Source of the DNA: a virus
Taxonomy: Duplodnaviria; Caudoviricetes
Length of the DNA: 64,000 nucleotides
Virus record (IMG/VR): IMGVR_UViG_3300042973_000021
Location: 64,001-128,000 of that record
Reading direction: 5' to 3' (one strand)
Both the position numbers and the translations under genes were made by a program. Shown in pieces: positions 20,454 through 28,415 of the stretch (position 1 is the stretch's first letter; each line of letters begins with the position of its first letter). A model generated the notes under the pieces. That model was not told the origin of the DNA, made no database searches, and saw only the letters and a program-made list of their open reading frames with translations.

Positions 20454-21353
20454 TCAGGCCGCCCGAAACCGCCATGCAGCTGAACCCGAAAGTGCTGCGG
20501 TCAAATGCTCTCTGCAGTTTGCAAATTCATCACCAATGAAACCAATCCGGTTTAGGTAGGTTCTCATGGCAAATTTCTCGTTCTCCACCTGTGGTTTCTT
20601 TGCTGATGCACACTTTTGTGTTAAGGCTTGATGGTTGATGGCAAGCGCTAGAACAATGTAGCTTCTCATCTTTCCAGCATGAAGCTCGCTGTTAAAACCT
20701 CTAAGTTCAACTGTATGGTTTCCGGTAAAAAAGCTGTGAAGGTTGAGGAAATGGTAGCGGCTGTTGTGGTAATGAGTGCTTCTACTCTCGCTGTAACCCT
20801 CGTACCAAATGTCCTCAATTTGTCTCATGGTTTTAGGCTTTTTGTGGTTCATCTTCTCAACCAAAATGCTGTCCATCTTTTTGCAGTAGCGCATTCGCTC
20901 CGGTGCAATCTGTAGTGCTTTATAAAATAAGTCATTTTTACTTGCAATGATATTTATAAAGTTTCGAATACTTCTTGGGGTATGTTCAGCACCGTCTAGA
21001 TGAATGTGAATGCCGCAAGATGTATTTGTAAAGGCTCCAGCTTTGCGAAGCTTTCTTACTATCTCCTGCAAAGTTTCAATGTCCTCCCGGTAAGTTAGGA
21101 TTGGGCTAACTAGCTCAACGCTATAATCTCTACCTGCAGCTACTTTTCTTCTGCCTTCTTTTCTTTGACAGTGAATGCTCCCATCATACATAAATCTCCA
21201 AACTCTACCATCTGGAGTTTTTACCTTCTTAGTGTCGTAGTAAGTCCCGCCTTCACTATAAGTGCCTTGCAAAAACTCTGCAGCAACTCTGGCTGCCCTT
21301 TCCCTTGTAATCCCTGTAAATTCAATCTCGATTCCGAATTTTGCACTTAACAT
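20454..21353 (-). CDS. Putative amidoligase (COOH-NH2 ligase type 2)
   Basis: FGIEIE, ELVSPIL, SCGIHIH, RYHFLN, TVELR motifs. Confidence 0.88.
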   Translation of the reverse strand: MLSAKFGIEIEFTGITRERAARVAAEFLQGTYSEGGTYYDTKKVKTPDGRVWRFMYDGSIHCQRKEGRRKVAAGRDYSVELVSPILTYREDIETLQEIVRKLRKAGAFTNTSCGIHIHLDGAEHTPRSIRNFINIIASKNDLFYKALQIAPERMRYCKKMDSILVEKMNHKKPKTMRQIEDIWYEGYSESRSTHYHNSRYHFLNLHSFFTGNHTVELRGFNSELHAGKMRSYIVLALAINHQALTQKCASAKKPQVENEKFAMRTYLNRIGFIGDEFANCREHLTAALSGSAAWRFRAA

Positions 21354-21397
21354 CGTATCTCGCTCCTTTTAAAGTGTGTTTGTCCTTTCGGCATGTA

Positions 21398-21429
21398 CAT
21401 ATATCACTCTAAAAGGCTTATATAGCAAG
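21398..21429 (-). promoter_or_regulatory. Conserved motif CTTG(C/A)TA-N11-TAGAGTGAT(A/T)TATG upstream of amidoligase
   Basis: Same 32-bp motif at 22437-22468 and 60941-60972. Confidence 0.6.
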
Positions 21430-21488
21430 ACAATTCTGCAATATAAATCTACATATTTACTGCCATATTGGTCTTAAAATGTGTATGT

Positions 21489-21716
21489 TTACTCTTCGAT
21501 TTTCCTGCATAAATCCTCTCCAAAGACCACTCCAAGGGAACTGCCTGAATCCCAACTGACGTGGATGGTTCCCATGTCATCAACACTAGTAACCGTACCT
21601 TTAGTTCCAGGCTGAAGCTTGGTATAAGGGTCATTCATTTTAAGTAGCATGACACGAGTTCCCGGAGTGTAATAACTCCTAAGTTGTTTTAGCATTTCTG
21701 GGTGAATGATATTCAT
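21489..21716 (-). CDS. DUF4314-like protein
   Basis: PGTRV.L..MNDPY, GTV..VDDMGTIHVSWD.GS.L motifs. Confidence 0.8.
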   Translation of the reverse strand: MNIIHPEMLKQLRSYYTPGTRVMLLKMNDPYTKLQPGTKGTVTSVDDMGTIHVSWDSGSSLGVVFGEDLCRKIEE

Positions 21717-22417
21717 TATTCACTCACCTCCTTATGCTTGGCAATTCCGCTTTTGAAGGCAGAGCTACCCGACAGTTTGGAGAGGAGAATTTTTCGTTCG
21801 GTTTTGTATTCTGGACCGATAAAGCCAAGTCTTAGAAGGAAACAACGAAAGGCATACTTTTCATTATCCACTTCCTTAGCTGTGGCAGTGATTCTCTTCT
21901 GTTTTTTTGCCATATCACAAAGGGCTGTAATGAAATGCGTGTAAGCTTTAACTTTCTCAGCATCTTCATCAAAGGAAAACCAAGGGAATCGTAGAGTTTC
22001 CTCTGTTTGCTCAATAGGTAATTCCTCTACTCCAAGTGCTTTTTTAATGAGATCTCCTTTGCTTTCCAGAATCTTTTCCAAGTTACTTAAGGCAATGTCG
22101 GTGAAGTTTTCCTTAGGTATTTCAATTACCAACAAATCTGTATTATTTGTAAGCCCCTGTTCCAGGCCTTCTGGTTTCACATAAGTAAATCCTCGACTAT
22201 TAAGTTCATCAAGCAGTTTGACCGCTTTTTCGCCCACAACACCCTCATCAAAAATAAGAGCACCTTCCTTATCCACTTCAAATCTGCCTATTTGATAAAT
22301 AAATGTTGGTGCGCCTTTGTATTCAGGCTTTTCACCTAGTACTTCTCCAATCGCAGTAACGAGGGCCTTTCTCTCACCACCAGTACGATTAAATTCAATT
22401 TTCATCCTACATACCAC
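21716..22417 (-). CDS. Conserved phage 'virulence-related' hypothetical protein
   Basis: RKALV.AI, YKGAPTF.Y, NEKYAFRCFLLRLGFIG (C-terminus resembles that of the amidoligase). Confidence 0.7.
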   Translation of the reverse strand: MVCRMKIEFNRTGGERKALVTAIGEVLGEKPEYKGAPTFIYQIGRFEVDKEGALIFDEGVVGEKAVKLLDELNSRGFTYVKPEGLEQGLTNNTDLLVIEIPKENFTDIALSNLEKILESKGDLIKKALGVEELPIEQTEETLRFPWFSFDEDAEKVKAYTHFITALCDMAKKQKRITATAKEVDNEKYAFRCFLLRLGFIGPEYKTERKILLSKLSGSSAFKSGIAKHKEVSE

Positions 22418-22436
22418 CTTTCTTATTTGGTAGTAC

Positions 22437-22468
22437 CATATATCACTCTAACGCTACACAATAGCAAG
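22437..22468 (-). promoter_or_regulatory. Second copy of CTTGCTA-N11-TAGAGTGATATATG motif
   Basis: Identical spacing to 21398-21429; just upstream of gene start. Confidence 0.6.
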
Positions 22469-22505
22469 TTATTTCTGTGCAAAAATGAATTTAAAACTTG
22501 CTCTA

Positions 22506-23750
22506 TCAATCTAATTCATCAGAAGATGTGGCTGCCACATTAAATGGAATCTTCTCTTTTTCTCGAATGACATATACCTCTTTATCTGTTCCAACCTGCT
22601 CGATGTAACGCTTCACAATAACATCGCAGTACTTTTCATCCAGCTCGATGGTATAGCAAATTCTATCGGTCTGTTCACAGGCAATCAGCGTCGAGCCAGA
22701 ACCTCCAAAAGGATCAAGTACGATACTATTAGTAAGGCTAGAATTCATAATGGGGTAGGCAATTAAAGCAATGGGCTTCATAGTCGGATGATCTGCATTC
22801 TTTTTCGGCTTATCAAATTCCCAAATGGTTGATTGCTTACGGTCTGAATACCAGAGATGCTTCCCCTTCTTTTTCCAACCGAATAGCACCGGTTCATGCT
22901 GCCACTGATAAGGGGATCTTCCAAGAACCAATGACTGTTTCTTCCAAATACAAGTACCGGAAAGATAAAAGCCTGCGTCAACAAAGGCTTTTCTAAAATT
23001 AAGTCCTTCTGTATCAGCATGGAAAACATATATACTTCCATCTGATGCCAATACCGATTCGATATTCTTAAAGGCATCTAATAAAAATTGATAAAATGCG
23101 TCATTGGCCATATTATCATTTTTGATTTTCCCAGCGGTTCCTTCATAGTTGACATTGTATGGGGGATCAGTTACCACCAGATTGGCGACCTTTCCTTCCA
23201 TTAAAATGTTATATGTTTCTTTTTTTGTGCTGTCTCCACATACCAGTCTGTGCTTACCAAGTATCCATACATCTCCTAAACGCGAAACAGCGGGCTTATT
23301 CAGCTCGCTGTCCACATCAAAATCATCTTCTTTTATTTTTTCTTTCATCGTATCCTTGAAAAGATCATCTAGTTCTCCGGGGTCAAAGCCTGTCAGCGAT
23401 ACATCAAAGTCTGCAGCATTTAAGTCTGTAATGAGAAGTGCTAGTTTCTCCCTATCCCAATCTCCATTTATTTTGTTCAATGCAATATTGAGGGCTTTTT
23501 CCTTTTCCTCATTCATCTCAACAACTACGCAATCCACTTCTTCCATACCCATGTTCAGTAGGATTTTCAACCGCTGATGGCCACCAACTACTCTGCCTGT
23601 GGTTCTATTCCAAATAACTGGTTCAACATAGCCAAACTCCGCAAGTGAGCGTTTTAACTTTTCGTACTCTGGATCACCCGGTTTTAAATCCTTTCTAGGA
23701 TTATAATCAGCAGGGATCAGCAGTTTCGTCTTAATTTTCTCAATCTGCAT
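22506..23750 (-). CDS. ParB-N-terminal domain + N6/N4 DNA methyltransferase
   Basis: YNPRK..GGHQR ParB motifs; DPPY catalytic and VLDPFGGSGST SAM-binding motifs. Confidence 0.92.
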   Translation of the reverse strand: MQIEKIKTKLLIPADYNPRKDLKPGDPEYEKLKRSLAEFGYVEPVIWNRTTGRVVGGHQRLKILLNMGMEEVDCVVVEMNEEKEKALNIALNKINGDWDREKLALLITDLNAADFDVSLTGFDPGELDDLFKDTMKEKIKEDDFDVDSELNKPAVSRLGDVWILGKHRLVCGDSTKKETYNILMEGKVANLVVTDPPYNVNYEGTAGKIKNDNMANDAFYQFLLDAFKNIESVLASDGSIYVFHADTEGLNFRKAFVDAGFYLSGTCIWKKQSLVLGRSPYQWQHEPVLFGWKKKGKHLWYSDRKQSTIWEFDKPKKNADHPTMKPIALIAYPIMNSSLTNSIVLDPFGGSGSTLIACEQTDRICYTIELDEKYCDVIVKRYIEQVGTDKEVYVIREKEKIPFNVAATSSDELD

Positions 23751-24906
23751 ATTTTTCCACCGCCTCTTTTAGTTCGCTATATTTATTAACATCCTCCCAA
23801 GGGAAGAGGCAACTGTTAAAGTGACCATAGACTGCTGTATCAGAGTAATGAATGTTTCTAAGTCGCAACTTTTCTATAATTGCTGCAGGCCTCAAATTAA
23901 ATACTTCTTGAGCAGCAATGGTTAGAACTTCATCAGAAACTGTTCCTGTTCCAAAAGTATTTATAGAAAAAGCTACAGGATTTGCCTTGCCAATGGCATA
24001 GGAAATAGCCACTTCACATTTCTCTGCCAAATCACACCACACAATATGTTTAGCAATATACCTAGCCATGTAAGCTCCGCTTCGGTCAACTTTGGTCGGA
24101 TCTTTCCCACAAAGTGCTCCGCCACCATGTGATGCAAGTCCACCATAAGTATCCACCATGATCTTTCTTCCAGTTAAACCTGTATCTGCAGCAGGTCCTC
24201 CTAATACAAACTGTCCAGATGGATTAATAAGAATTTCTGTTTCATCATCAAAAGGGAAATCCTCAAAACACTGCCATAACACATTATTTAGAATATCTGA
24301 TTTTAACTCTTCCTGAGTTTTATTCTTTTCATGCTGAACTGACACTACAATGGTCTTAACTCTCACTGGAACATCATCATTATACTCAATGGTCACCTGT
24401 GCTTTTCCATCGGGAAGGATACCTTTAATAAGTTTACCTTTCCTTGCCTCATCTAGTTTCTTTACAATTCGATGAGATAAGACAAGGGGAAAGGGAAGCA
24501 TTTCTCTGGTTTCTTTTGTGGCATAACCATACATAGTACCTTGATCACCAGCGCCGATGGAACCATATTGTTCGTTTATACCATTTCGTGCTTCTAGTGC
24601 AGTATTCACACCAGCTGCAATATCAGAACTCTGATTGTGTACATATACATAAATTAAAAATTTCAAAGGGTTATAACCTAGTTCTTTTAGCACATTCTTA
24701 ACAATGCTTCTGATATCGATTTTCTCGCTGCAGGAGATCTCGCCCGCCACGATAATTTTTCCTTTAGTAGCCATAACCTCACAAGCTACGCGTGAGGCCT
24801 TATCTTTTCTAAGACATGCTTCCAAAATGCTGTCAGCAATAATATCGCACAGTTTATCAGGATGTCCTGCACATACACTTTCTGCTGTTAAATATCTCTT
24901 ACTCAT
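23740..24906 (-). CDS. metK: Methionine adenosyltransferase (SAM synthetase)
   Basis: ESV..GHPDK, GAGDQG, GLTGRKI.VDTYGG, GKDPTKVDRS motifs. Confidence 0.95.
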   Translation of the reverse strand: MSKRYLTAESVCAGHPDKLCDIIADSILEACLRKDKASRVACEVMATKGKIIVAGEISCSEKIDIRSIVKNVLKELGYNPLKFLIYVYVHNQSSDIAAGVNTALEARNGINEQYGSIGAGDQGTMYGYATKETREMLPFPLVLSHRIVKKLDEARKGKLIKGILPDGKAQVTIEYNDDVPVRVKTIVVSVQHEKNKTQEELKSDILNNVLWQCFEDFPFDDETEILINPSGQFVLGGPAADTGLTGRKIMVDTYGGLASHGGGALCGKDPTKVDRSGAYMARYIAKHIVWCDLAEKCEVAISYAIGKANPVAFSINTFGTGTVSDEVLTIAAQEVFNLRPAAIIEKLRLRNIHYSDTAVYGHFNSCLFPWEDVNKYSELKEAVEKYAD

Positions 24907-24923
24907 CTCACATCTCCTTATTA

Positions 24924-25475
24924 TTATTTACCTCTACGGGCAGTCAACAGTCGTTCCATCACATCATCCTGTGGATTTGTACCGGAATACTCTGTCGCAC
25001 AGTTTTCACGAACAATCTGATATATTTCCATCCAGAGTCTGTTGGTTTGACTCATAAAATTATGGCTCATGGAAACGTATGGACTTTGGATAGCGTTGCC
25101 AGTAGTTGGATGCTTAGCAAGAAAACCAAACTCACTTATTGCTTCCTCACACTGTATCCACCTAGCAGCACTCATGGCATATCTTTCTAATAGCTGTGGT
25201 AGAACTAGATGTGCACACCCTCGCTCCTCAAGCCATTTCCACGTAAGCTCATAAATTTCGCTAGCTACTAAGGTTTTACCATCCTTTTGTACTGCTGAAA
25301 GCATAGCCCTTGGCTGTGGCATCTCCTGCCCTTGAAGTTCTGCAGTATTTTTAAATTCAATAACTTCCAGTTTTCTTTTTCCGGGATTTCCCTCAGCAAT
25401 TTTATCTATAAGTGCTTTCTTTTTCTGGCCAGATCCAATACGGGCACCACCTCGATTTGTACCATCTTTGGCCAT
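24924..25475 (-). CDS. terS: Terminase small subunit (P27-like)
   Basis: RGGAR..SG.K, GNPGKR motifs; follows HNH gene. Confidence 0.85.
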   Translation of the reverse strand: MAKDGTNRGGARIGSGQKKKALIDKIAEGNPGKRKLEVIEFKNTAELQGQEMPQPRAMLSAVQKDGKTLVASEIYELTWKWLEERGCAHLVLPQLLERYAMSAARWIQCEEAISEFGFLAKHPTTGNAIQSPYVSMSHNFMSQTNRLWMEIYQIVRENCATEYSGTNPQDDVMERLLTARRGK

Positions 25476-25494
25476 TAACTCACCTCTTTTCTTA

Positions 25495-25587
25495 TTAAGG
25501 GGGTATTACCCCGTTTGAAACTGCGACTTTTTGCACGAAGCCCCACGCCCGTTGTCCGCTTAAAAAGCTGTAGAGATTCGACTCCCC
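25495..25587. other. Probable cos packaging region
   Basis: GC-rich segment (CGGACAACGGGCGTGGGGC on - strand) between HNH and terS, the usual cos location in HK97-like phages. Confidence 0.5.
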
Positions 25588-25947
25588 CTACCGGGATGGC
25601 CAACGGTCTCCATCTCTTGCTGTGATGGCTGAGTGACAAGGAGTACAAAGAGCCATCAAGTTGCTTTCATCGTGTGTTCCTCCTCGAGACAAAGGAAGGA
25701 TGTGATGGACTTCAGCTGCTGGTGTCAGCTTTCCCTCTCTTTTGCACTCTTCACATAATGGATGAGCTGTAATGTAACGGTCACGTATTCTTTTCCACGC
25801 ACGCCCGTAACGCTTCCTCGTTTCAGGATCTCGCTGATATTTTTCATATCGTGAAGCTTCCTTTTTGGCATGATCAGGACAAAAGCGTCCATCAGTCAGC
25901 TCAGGACAACCGGGAGAAGAACATGGTCGTTTAGGTTTCCTTGGCAT
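25588..25947 (-). CDS. HNH endonuclease (terminase-associated)
   Basis: HPLCEEC, EVHHILPL, NLMALC..CH motifs. Confidence 0.92.
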   Translation of the reverse strand: MPRKPKRPCSSPGCPELTDGRFCPDHAKKEASRYEKYQRDPETRKRYGRAWKRIRDRYITAHPLCEECKREGKLTPAAEVHHILPLSRGGTHDESNLMALCTPCHSAITARDGDRWPSR

Positions 25948-26067
25948 TTTGCACCTCCATTTGGGCATAGAAAAAGCCCTCGTGTTTTTTCCACGAAGGC
26001 TCTCTACAGTTTTTCACAATACCATTGTATAACCGATTGTGAGTAAAATCGTCCACGATATTACTCA

Positions 26068-26526
26068 TTACTTTCCGTAGAGTAGTAGTGCTAAATGCTG
26101 AAGCGCGCGATTCTTCTTGTTGTAAGCTGAAGAGCGTTCAATGTTAAAACGTTCACAGATGTTGTACACTGCATCAATCTGCTTTTGTTCATCGTCCAAA
26201 TAGAACTCCTTTAACACATACTGCTCATCCTCCGTTAAGGCATCCCACGCCGGTTGAAACCAGTCCATGTATTCCAGTGCTTGGCGATAGCGTTCTTTTA
26301 ATACATCAATTTCATTAATGCAGGCAATGAGCCTTTTCTCTCCAGCTTTTGGATCATGCGTTGATGGCATGCCATTTAGAACTGGAGAAACAGGAGAACT
26401 CATTTCTTCGTTGAGGGTGGCAATGTCCTCATCGGTATGTTCTATGATGTACTTCATGCTGCTGTAATCTTTTAAGGCATTGATTGCCGCTGCCCTTTTA
26501 TCTAAATATTGCTAGACAATGTTCAT
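26068..26526 (-). pseudogene. ArpU/RinA-like transcriptional regulator with TAG at codon 5 (26512-26514)
   Basis: RBS-ATG at 26526 reads MNIV*QYLDKRAAAINALKDYSSMKY...; C-terminal sigma4-like HTH. Confidence 0.65.
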
Positions 26527-26530
26527 TGTA

Positions 26531-27880
26531 TCAGACCTCCTTTAGCGTTGCTTTTACCGCATCTATCAGTGCGGCTTGGGTATTGTTTTTATCATTTAGG
26601 GCTTTCATTACACGTTCATCAATGGTGCCTTTGGCAATCAAGTGATGGATCACTACCGTTTCATTTTGTCCTTGACGCCAAAGACGGGCATTGGTTTGCT
26701 GGTAAAGCTCCAAGCTCCAAGTCAGGCCAAACCATACAAGTGTTGATCCTCCGGCTTGCAAGTTGAGGCCATGTCCTGCGGATGCGGGATGGATGACTGC
26801 AATGGGAATCTTTCCATCGTTCCATCTCTTAATAGAATCCCTAGTGGACAATACTTCGACCTCAAAGCGCTTTTGTATTCGAGATAAATCATGCTTAAAC
26901 CAATAAGCAATCAGAACAGGCTTGCCATTAGCGGCTTCGATTAAGTCTTCCAGTGCATCCAGCTTACGGTCATGTATATGAATAACGACACCTTGATCAT
27001 CATAGACTGCTCCGTTTGCCATCTGCAGGAGCTTTCCTGAAAGAGCCGCTGCATTGGCAGCAGTAATTTCCTCACCTTTCACCGTTGTAATGAAATCCCG
27101 CTTCATGGTATCGAGGGTTTTCATTTCTTTTTCAGAAAGCTTCACTGGCACTTCGTTTATAACCAACTCCGGCAGCTTAAGGTAATCAGAACCTTTCATG
27201 CTAATAGTGATGTCAGATATGAGCCTATAAATTGCTTCTTCCGCTCCTGGTTTTGGTTTGTAGGAGAAGATTACTTGTTGATTACGTTTATCCGGTACAA
27301 AGTAGTCCTCTCGATATCTGCCAATAAAGCGCCCAAGCCTTTGACCCATATCCAAGAGTCGATACTCTGCCCACAAATCCATCAATCCATTGGAGGATGG
27401 TGTTCCAGTGAGCCCTACGATCCTTTTTACCTTTGGCCTGACTTTAAGCAGACTTTTAAATCGTTTTGCTTGATGGGATTTGAAGGATGACAGCTCATCA
27501 ATTACCACCATGTCAAAATCAAAGGAGATTCCACTTCTTGAAATTAACCATTCGATATTTTCTCGATTGATGATGTATACCTGAGCTCTTTTCATTAGCG
27601 CTCGTTTTCTCTGAGCCACAGTACCAACTGCTACGGTGTAGTTAAGGCCTTTTAGATGATCCCACTTTTCAATCTCTGCAGGCCATGTATCTCTGGCAAC
27701 TCGAAAGGGTGCAATGACCAGAACCTTACGAACAAGAAAACTATCCAGTGTTAGATCAAAGATAGCAGATAAGGTAATAACGCTCTTGCCTAATCCCATA
27801 TCTAACAGCACTGCTGCTATGGGATGGGTGAGAATATACTCAGTGGCATAAACCTGATATTCATGAGGCTTGTATTTCAC
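26531..27880 (-). CDS. SNF2-type phage helicase
   Basis: DMGLGKS, VVIDELS, LTGTP, GHGLNLQ, RLWRQGQ motifs. Confidence 0.92.
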   Translation of the reverse strand: MKYKPHEYQVYATEYILTHPIAAVLLDMGLGKSVITLSAIFDLTLDSFLVRKVLVIAPFRVARDTWPAEIEKWDHLKGLNYTVAVGTVAQRKRALMKRAQVYIINRENIEWLISRSGISFDFDMVVIDELSSFKSHQAKRFKSLLKVRPKVKRIVGLTGTPSSNGLMDLWAEYRLLDMGQRLGRFIGRYREDYFVPDKRNQQVIFSYKPKPGAEEAIYRLISDITISMKGSDYLKLPELVINEVPVKLSEKEMKTLDTMKRDFITTVKGEEITAANAAALSGKLLQMANGAVYDDQGVVIHIHDRKLDALEDLIEAANGKPVLIAYWFKHDLSRIQKRFEVEVLSTRDSIKRWNDGKIPIAVIHPASAGHGLNLQAGGSTLVWFGLTWSLELYQQTNARLWRQGQNETVVIHHLIAKGTIDERVMKALNDKNNTQAALIDAVKATLKEV

Positions 27881-28142
27881 GAAGTATCCCTCCAATCTGT
27901 TCTATGTGATCCAGGCAGAATACCAAAAAACCAAGTGATTCTAACTGTCTTTTTCTCTTTTCTTGAAGTGGCCTTAAGGCTTTACCTGGAGCTTTCACCT
28001 CCACAAAAGCTAGTTTCCTACCCGGCAAAAGAATCAATCTGTCTGGCATTCCATCTAAACCTGATGATACAATCTTCAGCGCAATACCGCCTATATCTTT
28101 CACTGCTTTTACCAGTTGTTGTTCAATCCATTTTTCTCTCAT
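27861..28142 (-). CDS. VRR-NUC domain nuclease
   Basis: GMPDRL, FVEVKAPG, LRPLQ motifs. Confidence 0.9.
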   Translation of the reverse strand: MREKWIEQQLVKAVKDIGGIALKIVSSGLDGMPDRLILLPGRKLAFVEVKAPGKALRPLQEKRKRQLESLGFLVFCLDHIEQIGGILREIQAS

Positions 28143-28149
28143 AGTTCCT

Positions 28150-28415
28150 CCATGTTCCCTAAATCCAAAAAATCTCTATACGCGCGTATATATGCGTCTG
28201 CAGGTAATTTCCTCTTTTTGTCTTTAGGATTACTTTTAATAATTATTTTTGGAACAATGGAACAGAAGTTATAAAGTAGCCTACTTTACAAGGGGCTGCC
28301 GCCTGTTCCAATGAGGTGTACCAAAAGACCGTTTTTGTTTCACCGGAACAGGTGAAATCTGTTCCTGAAGAAAAATTGTTCCATACGTTCCAAACTAAAT
28401 TATGCTTTGGGAACA
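28150..28415. repeat. Putative replication origin with GGAACA/TGTTCC repeats
   Basis: Non-coding gap after primase with many GGAACA copies in both orientations, an AT-rich patch and a TATACGCGCGTATA palindrome. Confidence 0.55.

Noticed and set aside
2736-26514. TAG stop-codon reassignment, suggested by in-frame TAGs at 2736, 2946, 14460 and 26512
   Set aside because: TAG ends terL, the ClpP protease and the head-fiber gene at normal-looking C-termini. The two internal TAGs most simply derive from different codons (CAG and TGG). No suppressor tRNA seen. Decay is simpler.
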